NCBI GenBank assembly: GCA_964448985.1 | Contig: CAYVBI010000003.1 | Span: 1-38,618 of the forward strand | Direction: 5' to 3' | Length of the DNA stretch: 38,618 nt | Source: an uncultured Dehalococcoidales bacterium | Lineage (GTDB): Bacteria; Chloroflexota; Dehalococcoidia; GIF9; UBA5629 | In this document: one piece after another, positions 9,152 through 17,614 of the stretch | Numbering within the stretch: the first letter of the stretch is position 1 | How the letters are laid out: every line of letters begins with the position of its first letter | Notes under the pieces: model-generated | The model's database searches: none | What the model saw: the letters and a program-made list of their open reading frames with translations, nothing else | Told to the model about the DNA's origin: nothing | Made by a program: the position numbers and the translations under genes

Positions 9152-10057
9152 TTGAAAACGAATGCCGTTAACCTGATTGAGAAAGAGTGGATCTTGCCGG
9201 GCAATCGCACCTGCCCGGGATGCGCTCTCTCCCTGGCATACAGGCACACCCTCAAGGCTCTTGAGGGACAGTGCATTGTCACTGTGCCTGCCAGCTGTGC
9301 AACCGTCATGCATGGTATGTACCCGATAACCGCTGTGAACGTACCCTGCGTTAATACGCCTTTCGCTTCCACCGGCGCTTCAGCTACCGGACTGGTGGCG
9401 GGGCTCAAGGCGCTGGGCAGGAAAGGAATAACCGTTCTGGCATTCGCCGGAGATGGCGGCACACATGATATCGGCATACAGTCGTTAAGTGGCGCGGCTG
9501 AGCGTCAATATGATTTCATGTATATCTGCTACGACAACGAAGGTTATATGAACACCGGCAACCAGCGTTCGGGTTCGACGCCGCTGGGCGCTGTGTCGGG
9601 GACCACACCGATTCTGGGCAAGCAGCAATATCAGAAAGACATGACGGCCATCATGGAGGCGCATGGACTACCCTACGTGGCCACCTGTTCAGCCTCCTAT
9701 CCGTTGGACCTTTACGAAAAGGTTAAAAAGGCAAAAACCATTGAAGGGACCAGGTTTATTCACATACACACACCTTGCCCGCCGGGATGGCTGTTCCCCT
9801 TTAGCGATACCATTAAGTTCGGCGAGATGGCGGTCGAGACCGGCCTTGTCGTCCTCTACGAGATCGAGGACGGCATCTTCAGGCTGACCTCCGCCAGCGA
9901 ATCACTGGCCCGCAAAGGGGGCAACCTGCAGCCTGTGCGCGAGTACTTCAAGTCTCAGGGCAGATTCAAGACCATAACCGAAGAGCAGATCGATGAGCTC
10001 CAGCAATGGGTCAATGCCCGCTGGAAGCAGTGCCTTAACAGGGCCACTAACCTTTAA
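9152..10057 (+). CDS. porB: 2-oxoacid:ferredoxin oxidoreductase beta subunit (TPP-binding)
   Basis: CPGCA near the N-terminus and the TPP motif FAGDGGTHDIGIQSLSGA ... YDNEGYMNTGNQ. TTG start with aaggaag SD 7 nt upstream. Confidence 0.9.
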   Translation: MKTNAVNLIEKEWILPGNRTCPGCALSLAYRHTLKALEGQCIVTVPASCATVMHGMYPITAVNVPCVNTPFASTGASATGLVAGLKALGRKGITVLAFAGDGGTHDIGIQSLSGAAERQYDFMYICYDNEGYMNTGNQRSGSTPLGAVSGTTPILGKQQYQKDMTAIMEAHGLPYVATCSASYPLDLYEKVKKAKTIEGTRFIHIHTPCPPGWLFPFSDTIKFGEMAVETGLVVLYEIEDGIFRLTSASESLARKGGNLQPVREYFKSQGRFKTITEEQIDELQQWVNARWKQCLNRATNL

Positions 10058-10118
10058 TCTCAACCAGCCGGTTGTTCAAGACACCAGCGCCCAACTATCG
10101 ATCCATATAAATCACTGC

Positions 10119-10148
10119 TTGACAAGCACCACCTCATCTTGATAGACT
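10119..10148 (+). promoter_or_regulatory. sigma70-like promoter for the Fe-S paralogue array
   Basis: TTGACA (10119-10124), 18-nt spacer, TAGACT (10143-10148). Lies about 60 nt upstream of the ATG at 10207 and 60 nt after the porB stop. Confidence 0.45.
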
Positions 10149-10206
10149 GCATGCAAATATCCTGCACACAAATTATTTGGTGCAAAAGTATATTAAGAGG
10201 TGTGAG

Positions 10207-11259
10207 ATGGTTGATCCGGTCTATGGGAAATTGGCGGGCGCCCTTAATGCTCGTTCGACTGCTTTCCCCGCCGTCAAATGTGATGAATTCTACGACCTTG
10301 TAGGATTCCTCTTCACTCCGGAAGAGGCCACCATCTTTGTGGCTATGCCGCTGGGGCTGAGCCGTGTTGAAGAGATTGCTGTAAACATGCCCTCCGAGGA
10401 CTTGAAAAAGCTGGAGGGACAGCTTGATGTCATGGCTGACAAGGGGCTGATACATATCCGCGAGAGGGAAGGGGTAAAGCTGTACGAGGCCCTGCCCTTT
10501 GTACCGGGCATCACCGAATTTCAACTCATGAGAGGAATAGTCGATGACAGGCACAAGAAGATCGCCACGTTATTGAAAGACTATTCGAAAGCTATGATCA
10601 GGACCATGCTGTCGGCCGATGCTCCTCCCCTCGAATCCTCGGCGCCCGGCCGCAAGGTGCAGGTGGACCAGGATATCGACAATAAGAGCACGATTGTGCC
10701 CTTCCATGAACTGAAAGAGTTGCTGTTGAAGACGGAGTATATCTCCGTGGGAACATGCATCTGCAGACACCAGGGCGCGTTGCTGGGCAGACCCTCGTCC
10801 AAGCCGGTCAATAACTGCATGGTGCTGGGTGAGTCGGCAAAATTTGCAGCGGAAAGGGGATTCACAACACGTCTGACCAAGGAAGAGGCCATCAAGCGCA
10901 TCGAGGAAGCGGAGGAAGCGGGCCTCATTCACACATTCGCCAACAGCCCTGACAGGTTCACTAACCTGCTGTGCAACTGCTATAAGGACCTGTGTCTGAT
11001 CACCCGCATGACGAGCAAATCTCCCGCACCCAGCTCAGCCGTGAACGCCAGGTACCTGGTCACGATAAAGGCAGATGACTGCACCGGCTGCGAGGCCTGT
11101 GTACCGAGGTGCCAGATGGATGCTCTCAAGATGGTTGAAGGCAGACTACTACGGGACGAGATACGCTGTATCGGCTGCGGCATATGCATGTGGGTTTGCC
11201 CCACCGATGCGCTCGTTCTGGAGCCCAGGCCGGCCAGCAGAATTCCCCTGCGCGGCTGA
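10207..11259 (+). CDS. Cys-rich Fe-S protein, paralogue 1 (C-terminal 2x[4Fe-4S] ferredoxin domain)
   Basis: CTGCEACVPRC and CIGCGICMWVCP ferredoxin motifs, plus upstream CICRHQG...NCMVLG...CNCYKDLC. Start moved to the ATG at 10207 (SD aagagg at 10195-10200), which makes the N-terminus MVDPVYGKL collinear with the other two copies. Confidence 0.8.
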   Translation: MVDPVYGKLAGALNARSTAFPAVKCDEFYDLVGFLFTPEEATIFVAMPLGLSRVEEIAVNMPSEDLKKLEGQLDVMADKGLIHIREREGVKLYEALPFVPGITEFQLMRGIVDDRHKKIATLLKDYSKAMIRTMLSADAPPLESSAPGRKVQVDQDIDNKSTIVPFHELKELLLKTEYISVGTCICRHQGALLGRPSSKPVNNCMVLGESAKFAAERGFTTRLTKEEAIKRIEEAEEAGLIHTFANSPDRFTNLLCNCYKDLCLITRMTSKSPAPSSAVNARYLVTIKADDCTGCEACVPRCQMDALKMVEGRLLRDEIRCIGCGICMWVCPTDALVLEPRPASRIPLRG

Positions 11260-11289
11260 CCACGTTAATAATAATCATGGAGGATGATA

Positions 11290-12345
11290 ATGGTTGATGC
11301 TATTTACGACAAGCTGGCCGCCGCACTGAATGCGCGCGGGACGACCGTGCCTTCGGTTATTTGCCAGGAATACTACGACCTGGTCCAGTTTCTGTTCACG
11401 CCCGAGGAGGCTGCAATAGCCTGCGCCATGCCCATAGAGTATGCGACAGCGGAAGAGATAGCGGCGAATCTCGGGACGAAGGACATCAGGAAATTGGCGA
11501 CACAGCTCGATGGCATGGGTGATAAGGGCCTGATCCATATCAAGGAAACCGGCGGTAAAAAACTCTACGAGGGGTTGCCTTTCGTGCCCGGCCTGATTGA
11601 GTTCCAACTCATGAAAGGGATTGTCGACGATCGCAGCAAACAATGGGCCGCCCTTTTAGCCGCTTATTCCAAGGCTGTTAAGAGAGAATTCATGTCGGGC
11701 AAGCCCATTAAAATTGAAAAATCGGCTCCCGGCAGAACAGTTGCTGTAGGTAAGGAAGTCCGGCAACTCGCCTGTGTAATCCCCTACAAGGAGATGAAAC
11801 AACTGATCCTCGATACCGAGCATATCGCGGCCGGCACCTGCGTCTGCAGGCACCAGGGCAACCTGCTGGGCAAACCGAGCTCCGAACCCATGGGGAACTG
11901 CATGGTCTTCGGGGAGTCGGCGCTATTCTCGATCGAACGCGGTTTCACCAAACAACTGTCCAAGGATGCAGCCCTGAAGATACTGGACGAGGCTGAGGAA
12001 GCCGGCCTGGTCCATAATTATGTCAACAATCCCGGCCAATTCACCAATCTGTTGTGCAACTGCTGCGGGTGCCACTGCTTTATCCTGAGGGGCGCCAAGA
12101 ACGCCCCGGCTCCCAGCCAGATGGTCAATCCCCGATATCTGGTACATGTTAATGACAAGGAATGCACCGGCTGCGAGGCCTGTATCGAACGGTGCTGGAT
12201 GAAAGCCCTGAAAATGGAAAACGGCAAGCTCGTGCGTGAAGAGATACGCTGTATAGGATGCGGCATTTGCATGTGGGCCTGCCCCACCGATGCGCTCTAT
12301 CTCGAACCGAGGGAAGCCGGCAAGGCGCCGCTCCAAAAGTGTTGA
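11290..12345 (+). CDS. Cys-rich Fe-S protein, paralogue 2
   Basis: Collinear with paralogue 1 and identical at well over half of positions by eye. Motifs CVCRHQG, NCMVFG, CNCCGCHC, CTGCEACIERC, CIGCGICMWACP. SD ggagg at 11279-11283. Confidence 0.8.
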   Translation: MVDAIYDKLAAALNARGTTVPSVICQEYYDLVQFLFTPEEAAIACAMPIEYATAEEIAANLGTKDIRKLATQLDGMGDKGLIHIKETGGKKLYEGLPFVPGLIEFQLMKGIVDDRSKQWAALLAAYSKAVKREFMSGKPIKIEKSAPGRTVAVGKEVRQLACVIPYKEMKQLILDTEHIAAGTCVCRHQGNLLGKPSSEPMGNCMVFGESALFSIERGFTKQLSKDAALKILDEAEEAGLVHNYVNNPGQFTNLLCNCCGCHCFILRGAKNAPAPSQMVNPRYLVHVNDKECTGCEACIERCWMKALKMENGKLVREEIRCIGCGICMWACPTDALYLEPREAGKAPLQKC

Positions 12346-12375
12346 TACGCATCAACAAAATTATAGGAGGAGATA

Positions 12376-13428
12376 ATGGTTGAACCTGTCTACGAAAAAT
12401 TGATACCCGTACTCAATTCACGCAGCACTTTTCTGGTCCCCTGTATCAAGTGCGACGAGTTTTTTAACATGGTTGCTTATATGTACAGCCCCGTCGAGGC
12501 AGAGATCGCCTGCGCCATGCCCTACGAATTCGCTACAGCCCGTGAGATTTCAGCCGATATCCCGGGCAGCCATCCTGAGAAGATCGCCGAACACCTGGAG
12601 ACCATGGCAAACAAGGCGCTGATACATTCGAAAAAAGAAAACGGAGAGACGCTCTACGAGCTCCTGCCGCTTTTCCCGGGCGCCATGGAGCTTCAATTCT
12701 GGCGCGATGACAAGGAGTATCTGGGAAAGCTGGATGTCCTGCTCGGCCAATACCTGGTAGCGATGTGGGGCCTTCGGAAATCCGGCGCCCCGATCGTAAC
12801 CGATACCACGTCTACCACCAGAAAAGTAACTGTCGGGCAGGAGATCATGAGCCGGTCCACCATTATTCCCTACTTGGAGATGAAAGAGCTGATCAAGCAG
12901 AGTGAGTATATCGGTGTTGCGCTCTGCCATTGCCGCCAACTTGGTGAACAATGGGGCAGGCCATGCTCCAAACCCATGGATAACTGCATGATATTAGGAT
13001 CGTCCGCTCAATTCACCATCGAAAAGGGATTAACCAAACGTCTTAATGTCGAGCAAGCACTTCATATACTGGATGAAGCAGAAAAGGCCGGGCTGATACA
13101 TCAATACGCCGATACGCCCGATCACTATTCCAATATTCTGTGCAACTGTTGCTCATGTCATTGTATAGCGCTCAAGGGCTATAAAAAGTCTCCGGTCCCC
13201 AGCCAGGCTGTCATAGCACGTTACCTGGTCAAGATCGACGATGAAGCCTGCACAACTTGCGAGGCCTGTCTGGAAAGGTGCCAGATGGATGCATTGAAAA
13301 TGGACGGAGGCAAGCTCACGAGGGACGAATCGCGCTGTATTGGCTGCGGGCTATGTATGTACGTCTGCCCCGCTGAGGCATTGTCCCTGGAGAAGAGGCC
13401 TGCTGGCAAAATACCTCTGAGAACATGA
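12376..13428 (+). CDS. Cys-rich Fe-S protein, paralogue 3
   Basis: Same architecture: CHCRQLG, NCMILG, CNCCSCHC, CTTCEACLERC, CIGCGLCMYVCP. SD aggagg at 12366-12371. Confidence 0.8.
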   Translation: MVEPVYEKLIPVLNSRSTFLVPCIKCDEFFNMVAYMYSPVEAEIACAMPYEFATAREISADIPGSHPEKIAEHLETMANKALIHSKKENGETLYELLPLFPGAMELQFWRDDKEYLGKLDVLLGQYLVAMWGLRKSGAPIVTDTTSTTRKVTVGQEIMSRSTIIPYLEMKELIKQSEYIGVALCHCRQLGEQWGRPCSKPMDNCMILGSSAQFTIEKGLTKRLNVEQALHILDEAEKAGLIHQYADTPDHYSNILCNCCSCHCIALKGYKKSPVPSQAVIARYLVKIDDEACTTCEACLERCQMDALKMDGGKLTRDESRCIGCGLCMYVCPAEALSLEKRPAGKIPLRT

Positions 13429-13438
13429 AGACCGAAAT

Positions 13439-14068
13439 CTAATCCTTCTCTTTATCCCGTTTTGCAGCGCGCTCGCGCGCCCAGCGATGTATCTCATCCA
13501 GGGCCGGCGGCGCCACCATGAATACGTCGATATCCTGGGGGAACTGGACTAAATGCCCTTCTCGAATGAAAAGCAGGGCTACATCACCGGGTTTTAGCGT
13601 CTCATCGATGGTCTTGCCGATAAACTGGTAGCGTTTCCGGGAAGCTTCTCCGTAGGCTTCGTAAACCTGTTTGGCCACTTTTTCGCTGATAAGTCCGATC
13701 ATCATGCAACGTTCCCAGTCCATGGTCTCCTCGAGCAACTCGCTGACCTCGATACACTTTAGGGAAGCGGACTCCGCGCAGCGGTTGGTTATCATCCCAT
13801 GACTTTTAGGATGAAGTTCCTTCAGCATCTCTAAACCGCCTTCACCCTCCTCACTGACCGTTTCATGATAGATCAACGTCACATGCCCCAATTTAGCTTC
13901 GAGCTTTGCCACCATCTCATCGACCTGCTGCCAGTATTTCTCATAAAGCTCGAGATATTCCGCCGGTGAGTTTTTACCCGCATAAACCAGGGGCACCTGC
14001 AAGATCTTTCTGCTATCCTTGAAGCTGTCCACTTCAGGTTTTTCTACTTTACCCAGTTCCTGTGACAT
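13439..14068 (-). CDS. hypothetical 209-aa cytoplasmic protein
   Basis: Long ORF with SD gaggag 7 nt upstream of the ATG. No TM segment and no family I recognise. Lys/Asp/Glu-rich C-terminus. Confidence 0.55.
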   Translation of the reverse strand: MSQELGKVEKPEVDSFKDSRKILQVPLVYAGKNSPAEYLELYEKYWQQVDEMVAKLEAKLGHVTLIYHETVSEEGEGGLEMLKELHPKSHGMITNRCAESASLKCIEVSELLEETMDWERCMMIGLISEKVAKQVYEAYGEASRKRYQFIGKTIDETLKPGDVALLFIREGHLVQFPQDIDVFMVAPPALDEIHRWARERAAKRDKEKD

Positions 14069-14237
14069 GATTACACTCCTCTCTCTGTCTGCTGATGTAT
14101 CATCTCCCGTGATCCAATTACATGCTTAACGACATGCCCTGACCTCTATCAATAGTACAAAAATTATACTACAATATAAGACGCCTTTTGAGGAAGCGGG
14201 CTTTCGGGATTCTATAATCGAGCATCGGAGGGACCAT

Positions 14238-15446
14238 ATGGATTTCGACCTTGGTGATAAGACGGATCAACTGCGCAAGGAGATACGTAAATTTGCCCTT
14301 GCTGAGGTAGAGGGAAAACCCTATCACACCGCCATGCTTGAGGAAGAGAGCGCGGACGAGGACTGGGAATTTTCACTTTCCATATCCAAGAAGCTTGCAC
14401 AAAAAAAATGGCTTTGTATGAACTGGCCGGAACAATACGGCGGCATGGGCGCGTCTTACTGGGAACAATTCGTATACTCTGAAGAGGCAGGCTATTATGA
14501 GATCCCCGGCACCAGCATGGGCATATCCGGTACAGGCATCAACGGACCCAGCCTTATGCTGTTCGGCAGCGAAGAGCAAAAACAGAAATACCTGCCGCTG
14601 ATAGCCTCGGGGGATCCCGATGGGATATGGTGCACCGCTTACAGTGAACCTGATTCTGGCTCCGACTATAATAAGATCAAGACCATCGCGATCAGGTCGG
14701 GAGACGACTATATTATCAACGGGCAGAAAGTGTGGACGAGTTGCGCCCACCGCGCTCGCTGGTGCTGGCTGGCATGTAAAACCGATCCAACGTCAAACAA
14801 GATCCACAAAAGCATGAGTATTATCATCGTAGATATGAAGAGCCCGGGCATTACTACCAGGCCTCTCATCAATCTATCCGGTATTCACAGTTTCAACGAG
14901 GTCTTTTTCGACAATGTAAGGGTGCCGGCTTCAAACCTGGTGGGGGAAGAGAATAAGGGCTTTTATATGTTGATCCCCGCCCTGGCAATCGAGAGGCTCT
15001 CTCTGGCGCCCCACGTTTTAGGTGTTGGACGCCGCATTCTGGAATTGCTTGTCCGCTATGCCAAAGATACCAACCATCAAGGTAGACCTATGTCTACCGA
15101 TCCGGTGGTGCGCCATAAGCTGGCCGAGCGCGCCTTAGAGCTTGAAACGCTGCGCCTATTCGGTTTGGAGATCATGTGGAAAATGAGCACGGGTAAAATG
15201 CCGGGCTACGAGGCTGCCAGGAACAAACTCATCTGCAATATCGTCACCGACAACATGGCTAAAACCGGGCTCGATATCCTGGGCGCATATTCTCAGGTAA
15301 GCCCCGATTCCAGGTGGGCCAGACTGCACGGACGTTGCCAGAATTTGTACATGGTCAATATGGGGTGGTTCAGCGCTGCCGGGACCATGGAAATACAAAA
15401 GAATGTTATCGGACAATTCAAACTCGGCCTGCCGCGCGCCTATTAA
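14238..15446 (+). CDS. acyl-CoA dehydrogenase family protein
   Basis: WCTAYSEPDSGSD... QKVWTS ... and a C-terminal helical domain ending GTMEIQKNVIG match ACAD signatures. SD ggaggg. Confidence 0.85.
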   Translation: MDFDLGDKTDQLRKEIRKFALAEVEGKPYHTAMLEEESADEDWEFSLSISKKLAQKKWLCMNWPEQYGGMGASYWEQFVYSEEAGYYEIPGTSMGISGTGINGPSLMLFGSEEQKQKYLPLIASGDPDGIWCTAYSEPDSGSDYNKIKTIAIRSGDDYIINGQKVWTSCAHRARWCWLACKTDPTSNKIHKSMSIIIVDMKSPGITTRPLINLSGIHSFNEVFFDNVRVPASNLVGEENKGFYMLIPALAIERLSLAPHVLGVGRRILELLVRYAKDTNHQGRPMSTDPVVRHKLAERALELETLRLFGLEIMWKMSTGKMPGYEAARNKLICNIVTDNMAKTGLDILGAYSQVSPDSRWARLHGRCQNLYMVNMGWFSAAGTMEIQKNVIGQFKLGLPRAY

Positions 15447-15513
15447 AACGATATATAACGCCTTAACAATGGGGCGCTTACAGGTCTGAGCGGATCCTCT
15501 TCGTTATATTCTG

Positions 15514-16422
15514 CTACCAGCCTCCGCTGGCTCCTCCGCCTCCGGACATGCCACCACCTCCGCCTCCGAAACCGCCTCCCGACCCGCCGCCAAAGCCTCC
15601 CCAGAAACCACCCCCTGTCTTGTGCCAATCGGTTGATTTTCCTGCTTCTTTAAGCTTCTGGTAATTGCGGGACAGCAGGCTATCTGTCCCCAGGCCTAGC
15701 CCGGCGAATATCAGGGGCATGACTATTAATGCGGCTATTCCTCCGATTGAAAGCCCCATAATTACACCCGCTATGGCGCCCCAGATGCCACCCATCCAGA
15801 CGCTCTTGCTGCGCGCCATGAAACCCGACAGGTAGATCGTAATTATGGACAAGATGAAAAAGGCGAAGACAAAATCGCCGAACATCGATTTCACCGGATT
15901 TTCCTCGAGCGGCGCAGGGGGTGTGCCGTCCCTGACATATTTCTCAATTGAAGCGACACCAGCCTTGATGCCACCCTCGTAATCGTTATTCTTGAACAGC
16001 GGTAACACATCTTCATCGCGTATCCTACCCGCGCGGCCGTCCGTGATCACCGGCTCAAGTCCGTATCCGACCTCGATACGCATCTTGCGATCATCCAGGG
16101 CTACCAGGAAAAGCACGCCGTTGTTTTTATCCTTCTGCCCTATCTTCCACTGCTCGAACAGCCTGTTGGCATAGTCCTCTATGCTGTCCCCTTCCAGGCT
16201 TTTTATAGTCGCCACAAAGACCTGCGCGGTTGTATCTTTCTCAAGCTGGGCTAATTTGGATTCAAGCTCAGCTTTCGCCTGCTGCGACAGTAAGCCCGCG
16301 TCATCGTTAACATAGCCGGTAAGATTCGGAAAATTCTGTGCCGATACCGGTATGCTGCCGGCGGGCAGCATCATAACAGCCAGACAGACTGTGCCTAACA
16401 GGAAGGTCAGCAGGCGCCGCAC
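15514..16422 (-). CDS. TPM-domain (YgcG-like) membrane protein with Gly-rich C-terminal tail
   Basis: Signal peptide, then YVNDDAGLLS...QVFVATIKSLEG...GVLFLVALDDRKMRIEVGYGLE (TPM/phosphatase fold), TM helices and a GGGFWGGFGGGSGGGFGGGGGG tail. The GTG start shares 1 nt with the lemA stop. Confidence 0.8.
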   Translation of the reverse strand: MRRLLTFLLGTVCLAVMMLPAGSIPVSAQNFPNLTGYVNDDAGLLSQQAKAELESKLAQLEKDTTAQVFVATIKSLEGDSIEDYANRLFEQWKIGQKDKNNGVLFLVALDDRKMRIEVGYGLEPVITDGRAGRIRDEDVLPLFKNNDYEGGIKAGVASIEKYVRDGTPPAPLEENPVKSMFGDFVFAFFILSIITIYLSGFMARSKSVWMGGIWGAIAGVIMGLSIGGIAALIVMPLIFAGLGLGTDSLLSRNYQKLKEAGKSTDWHKTGGGFWGGFGGGSGGGFGGGGGGMSGGGGASGGW

Positions 16423-16997
16423 TAAAACTCCACTTTCGGCGGAGTATCGGAACCGGTGACGGACTGGAAGTATTGCTTTTCACTGAATCCGAACATGCCG
16501 GCCAGCATATTAGTGGGGAAAGTCTTAATCTGCGTGTTATATTCCCGCGTCAGGTCGTTGAATCGCCTTCGCTCCACGCTGATGCGGTTCTCCGTACCTG
16601 CCAGTTCGTCCATCAACTGAGTAACGTTCTGGCTGGACTTGAGGTCAGGGTAATTCTCCATAACGGCAAGCAGGCGGCCAAGTGCGGTTTCAACCTCGCC
16701 GGCCGCAGCAGCCTTATCATTGACTGTTTGAGCAGCCCCGTACTTGGTTCTCGCATCGGCTATGGCCAGGAAAATGGCCTGTTCCTGTGTCATCATGCCC
16801 TTGACAGAGTTCACAAGGTTCGGGATAAGGTCATAACGTCGCTGGTACTGTGTCTCAACCTGCGACCACTGGGCGTCTACGGCCTGTGATTTGGTCACCA
16901 GGCCGTTATACATACCGACCAGGGAGACTGCAATGATTATGGCTCCGAGTACTATGACACCTACGGCAGCCAGAACACATCCCCAGGTAGACTTCAT
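16422..16997 (-). CDS. lemA: LemA family protein
   Basis: N-terminal TM helix, then MYNGLV...VDAQWSQVETQYQRRYDLIPNLV...ENYPDLKS...ENRISVERRRFN. Start moved to the ATG at 16997 (SD aaggaggg), not the track GTG at 17027. Confidence 0.85.
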   Translation of the reverse strand: MKSTWGCVLAAVGVIVLGAIIIAVSLVGMYNGLVTKSQAVDAQWSQVETQYQRRYDLIPNLVNSVKGMMTQEQAIFLAIADARTKYGAAQTVNDKAAAAGEVETALGRLLAVMENYPDLKSSQNVTQLMDELAGTENRISVERRRFNDLTREYNTQIKTFPTNMLAGMFGFSEKQYFQSVTGSDTPPKVEF

Positions 16998-17154
16998 ATC
17001 AATACCCTCCTTAATCAGTCTGAACACGCTGAATTTTTGCTATGGCAATTCTACAACAGGACTACTGTATCAACAAATTATACTTGTGCCGCTTGTTTTA
17101 GCCAGCTAACGCAGCGTATAATCAGGCACAATTAATCAGAGGGGGTATCATATC

Positions 17155-17604
17155 ATGGCCGTTAATAAGGAGCTTGCAGCGCCATGCGGCCTGTATTGCG
17201 GGGTCTGTGGAATCCACATAGCGAGCAGGGACAACAATGATAAATTCAAAGAGAAGCTGGCTCCGATTTACGGCGCCAAACCCGAAGACATAGTATGCGA
17301 CGGCTGCCTCTCTCAGCGCGTCTTTGGATACTGCCGGATCTGCCCGATCAAGTCGTGCTGCTTTGACAAAAATATAGAAGGATGCCACCAGTGTAACGAG
17401 TTCCCCTGCCGATTCATCGATAATTTCCCCGTTCCCGTCGGCAAGAAGGTCATCTTGCGATGCGTCCCCAGATGGCGGGAAATCGGCACTGAACGGTGGA
17501 TACAGGAGGAACAGAAGCGCTATAATTGCCCTCATTGCGGCGCTGCGACCTTCCGTGGAGCCAAGCGTTGCCGCAGCTGCAAGGAGCCGATCGACCTCGA
17601 CTAA
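17155..17604 (+). CDS. DUF3795-like Cys-rich protein
   Basis: CGLYCGVCGI ... CDGC ... CRICPIKSCC ... CHQCNEFPC ... CPHCG...CRSC pattern. Confidence 0.65.
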   Translation: MAVNKELAAPCGLYCGVCGIHIASRDNNDKFKEKLAPIYGAKPEDIVCDGCLSQRVFGYCRICPIKSCCFDKNIEGCHQCNEFPCRFIDNFPVPVGKKVILRCVPRWREIGTERWIQEEQKRYNCPHCGAATFRGAKRCRSCKEPIDLD

Positions 17605-17614
17605 AACACCTGAA

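Larger units (their letters stand above)
10207..13428 (+). repeat. tandem triplication of a ~1.05-kb gene
   Basis: Three head-to-tail copies of 350/351/350 codons separated by 30-nt spacers, each with its own SD. The Cys-cluster motif starts exactly 765 nt after the start codon in all three. Confidence 0.85.

Noticed and set aside
10177-10206. N-terminal extensions given by the ORF track (also at 17555-17614, 38491-38508, 16998-17027, 23812-23847, 5661-5666, 7009-7014 and 6572-6577)
   Set aside because: These use TTG/GTG codons that lie inside or upstream of a clear SD serving a downstream ATG/GTG. Some would overlap the preceding gene. The paralogue alignment and the signal-peptide positions support the shorter forms.
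10060-10932. Minus-strand ORFs (164, 74, 120 and 115 aa) over the first Fe-S paralogue
   Set aside because: They overlap a plus-strand gene that has clear ferredoxin motifs and two collinear paralogues. They show no motifs and no SD.
15443-15628. 61-aa Arg-rich ORF on the minus strand
   Set aside because: It is an alternative frame across the Gly-codon-rich tail of the TPM gene (GGN codons read as Arg/Trp). It is not an independent gene.
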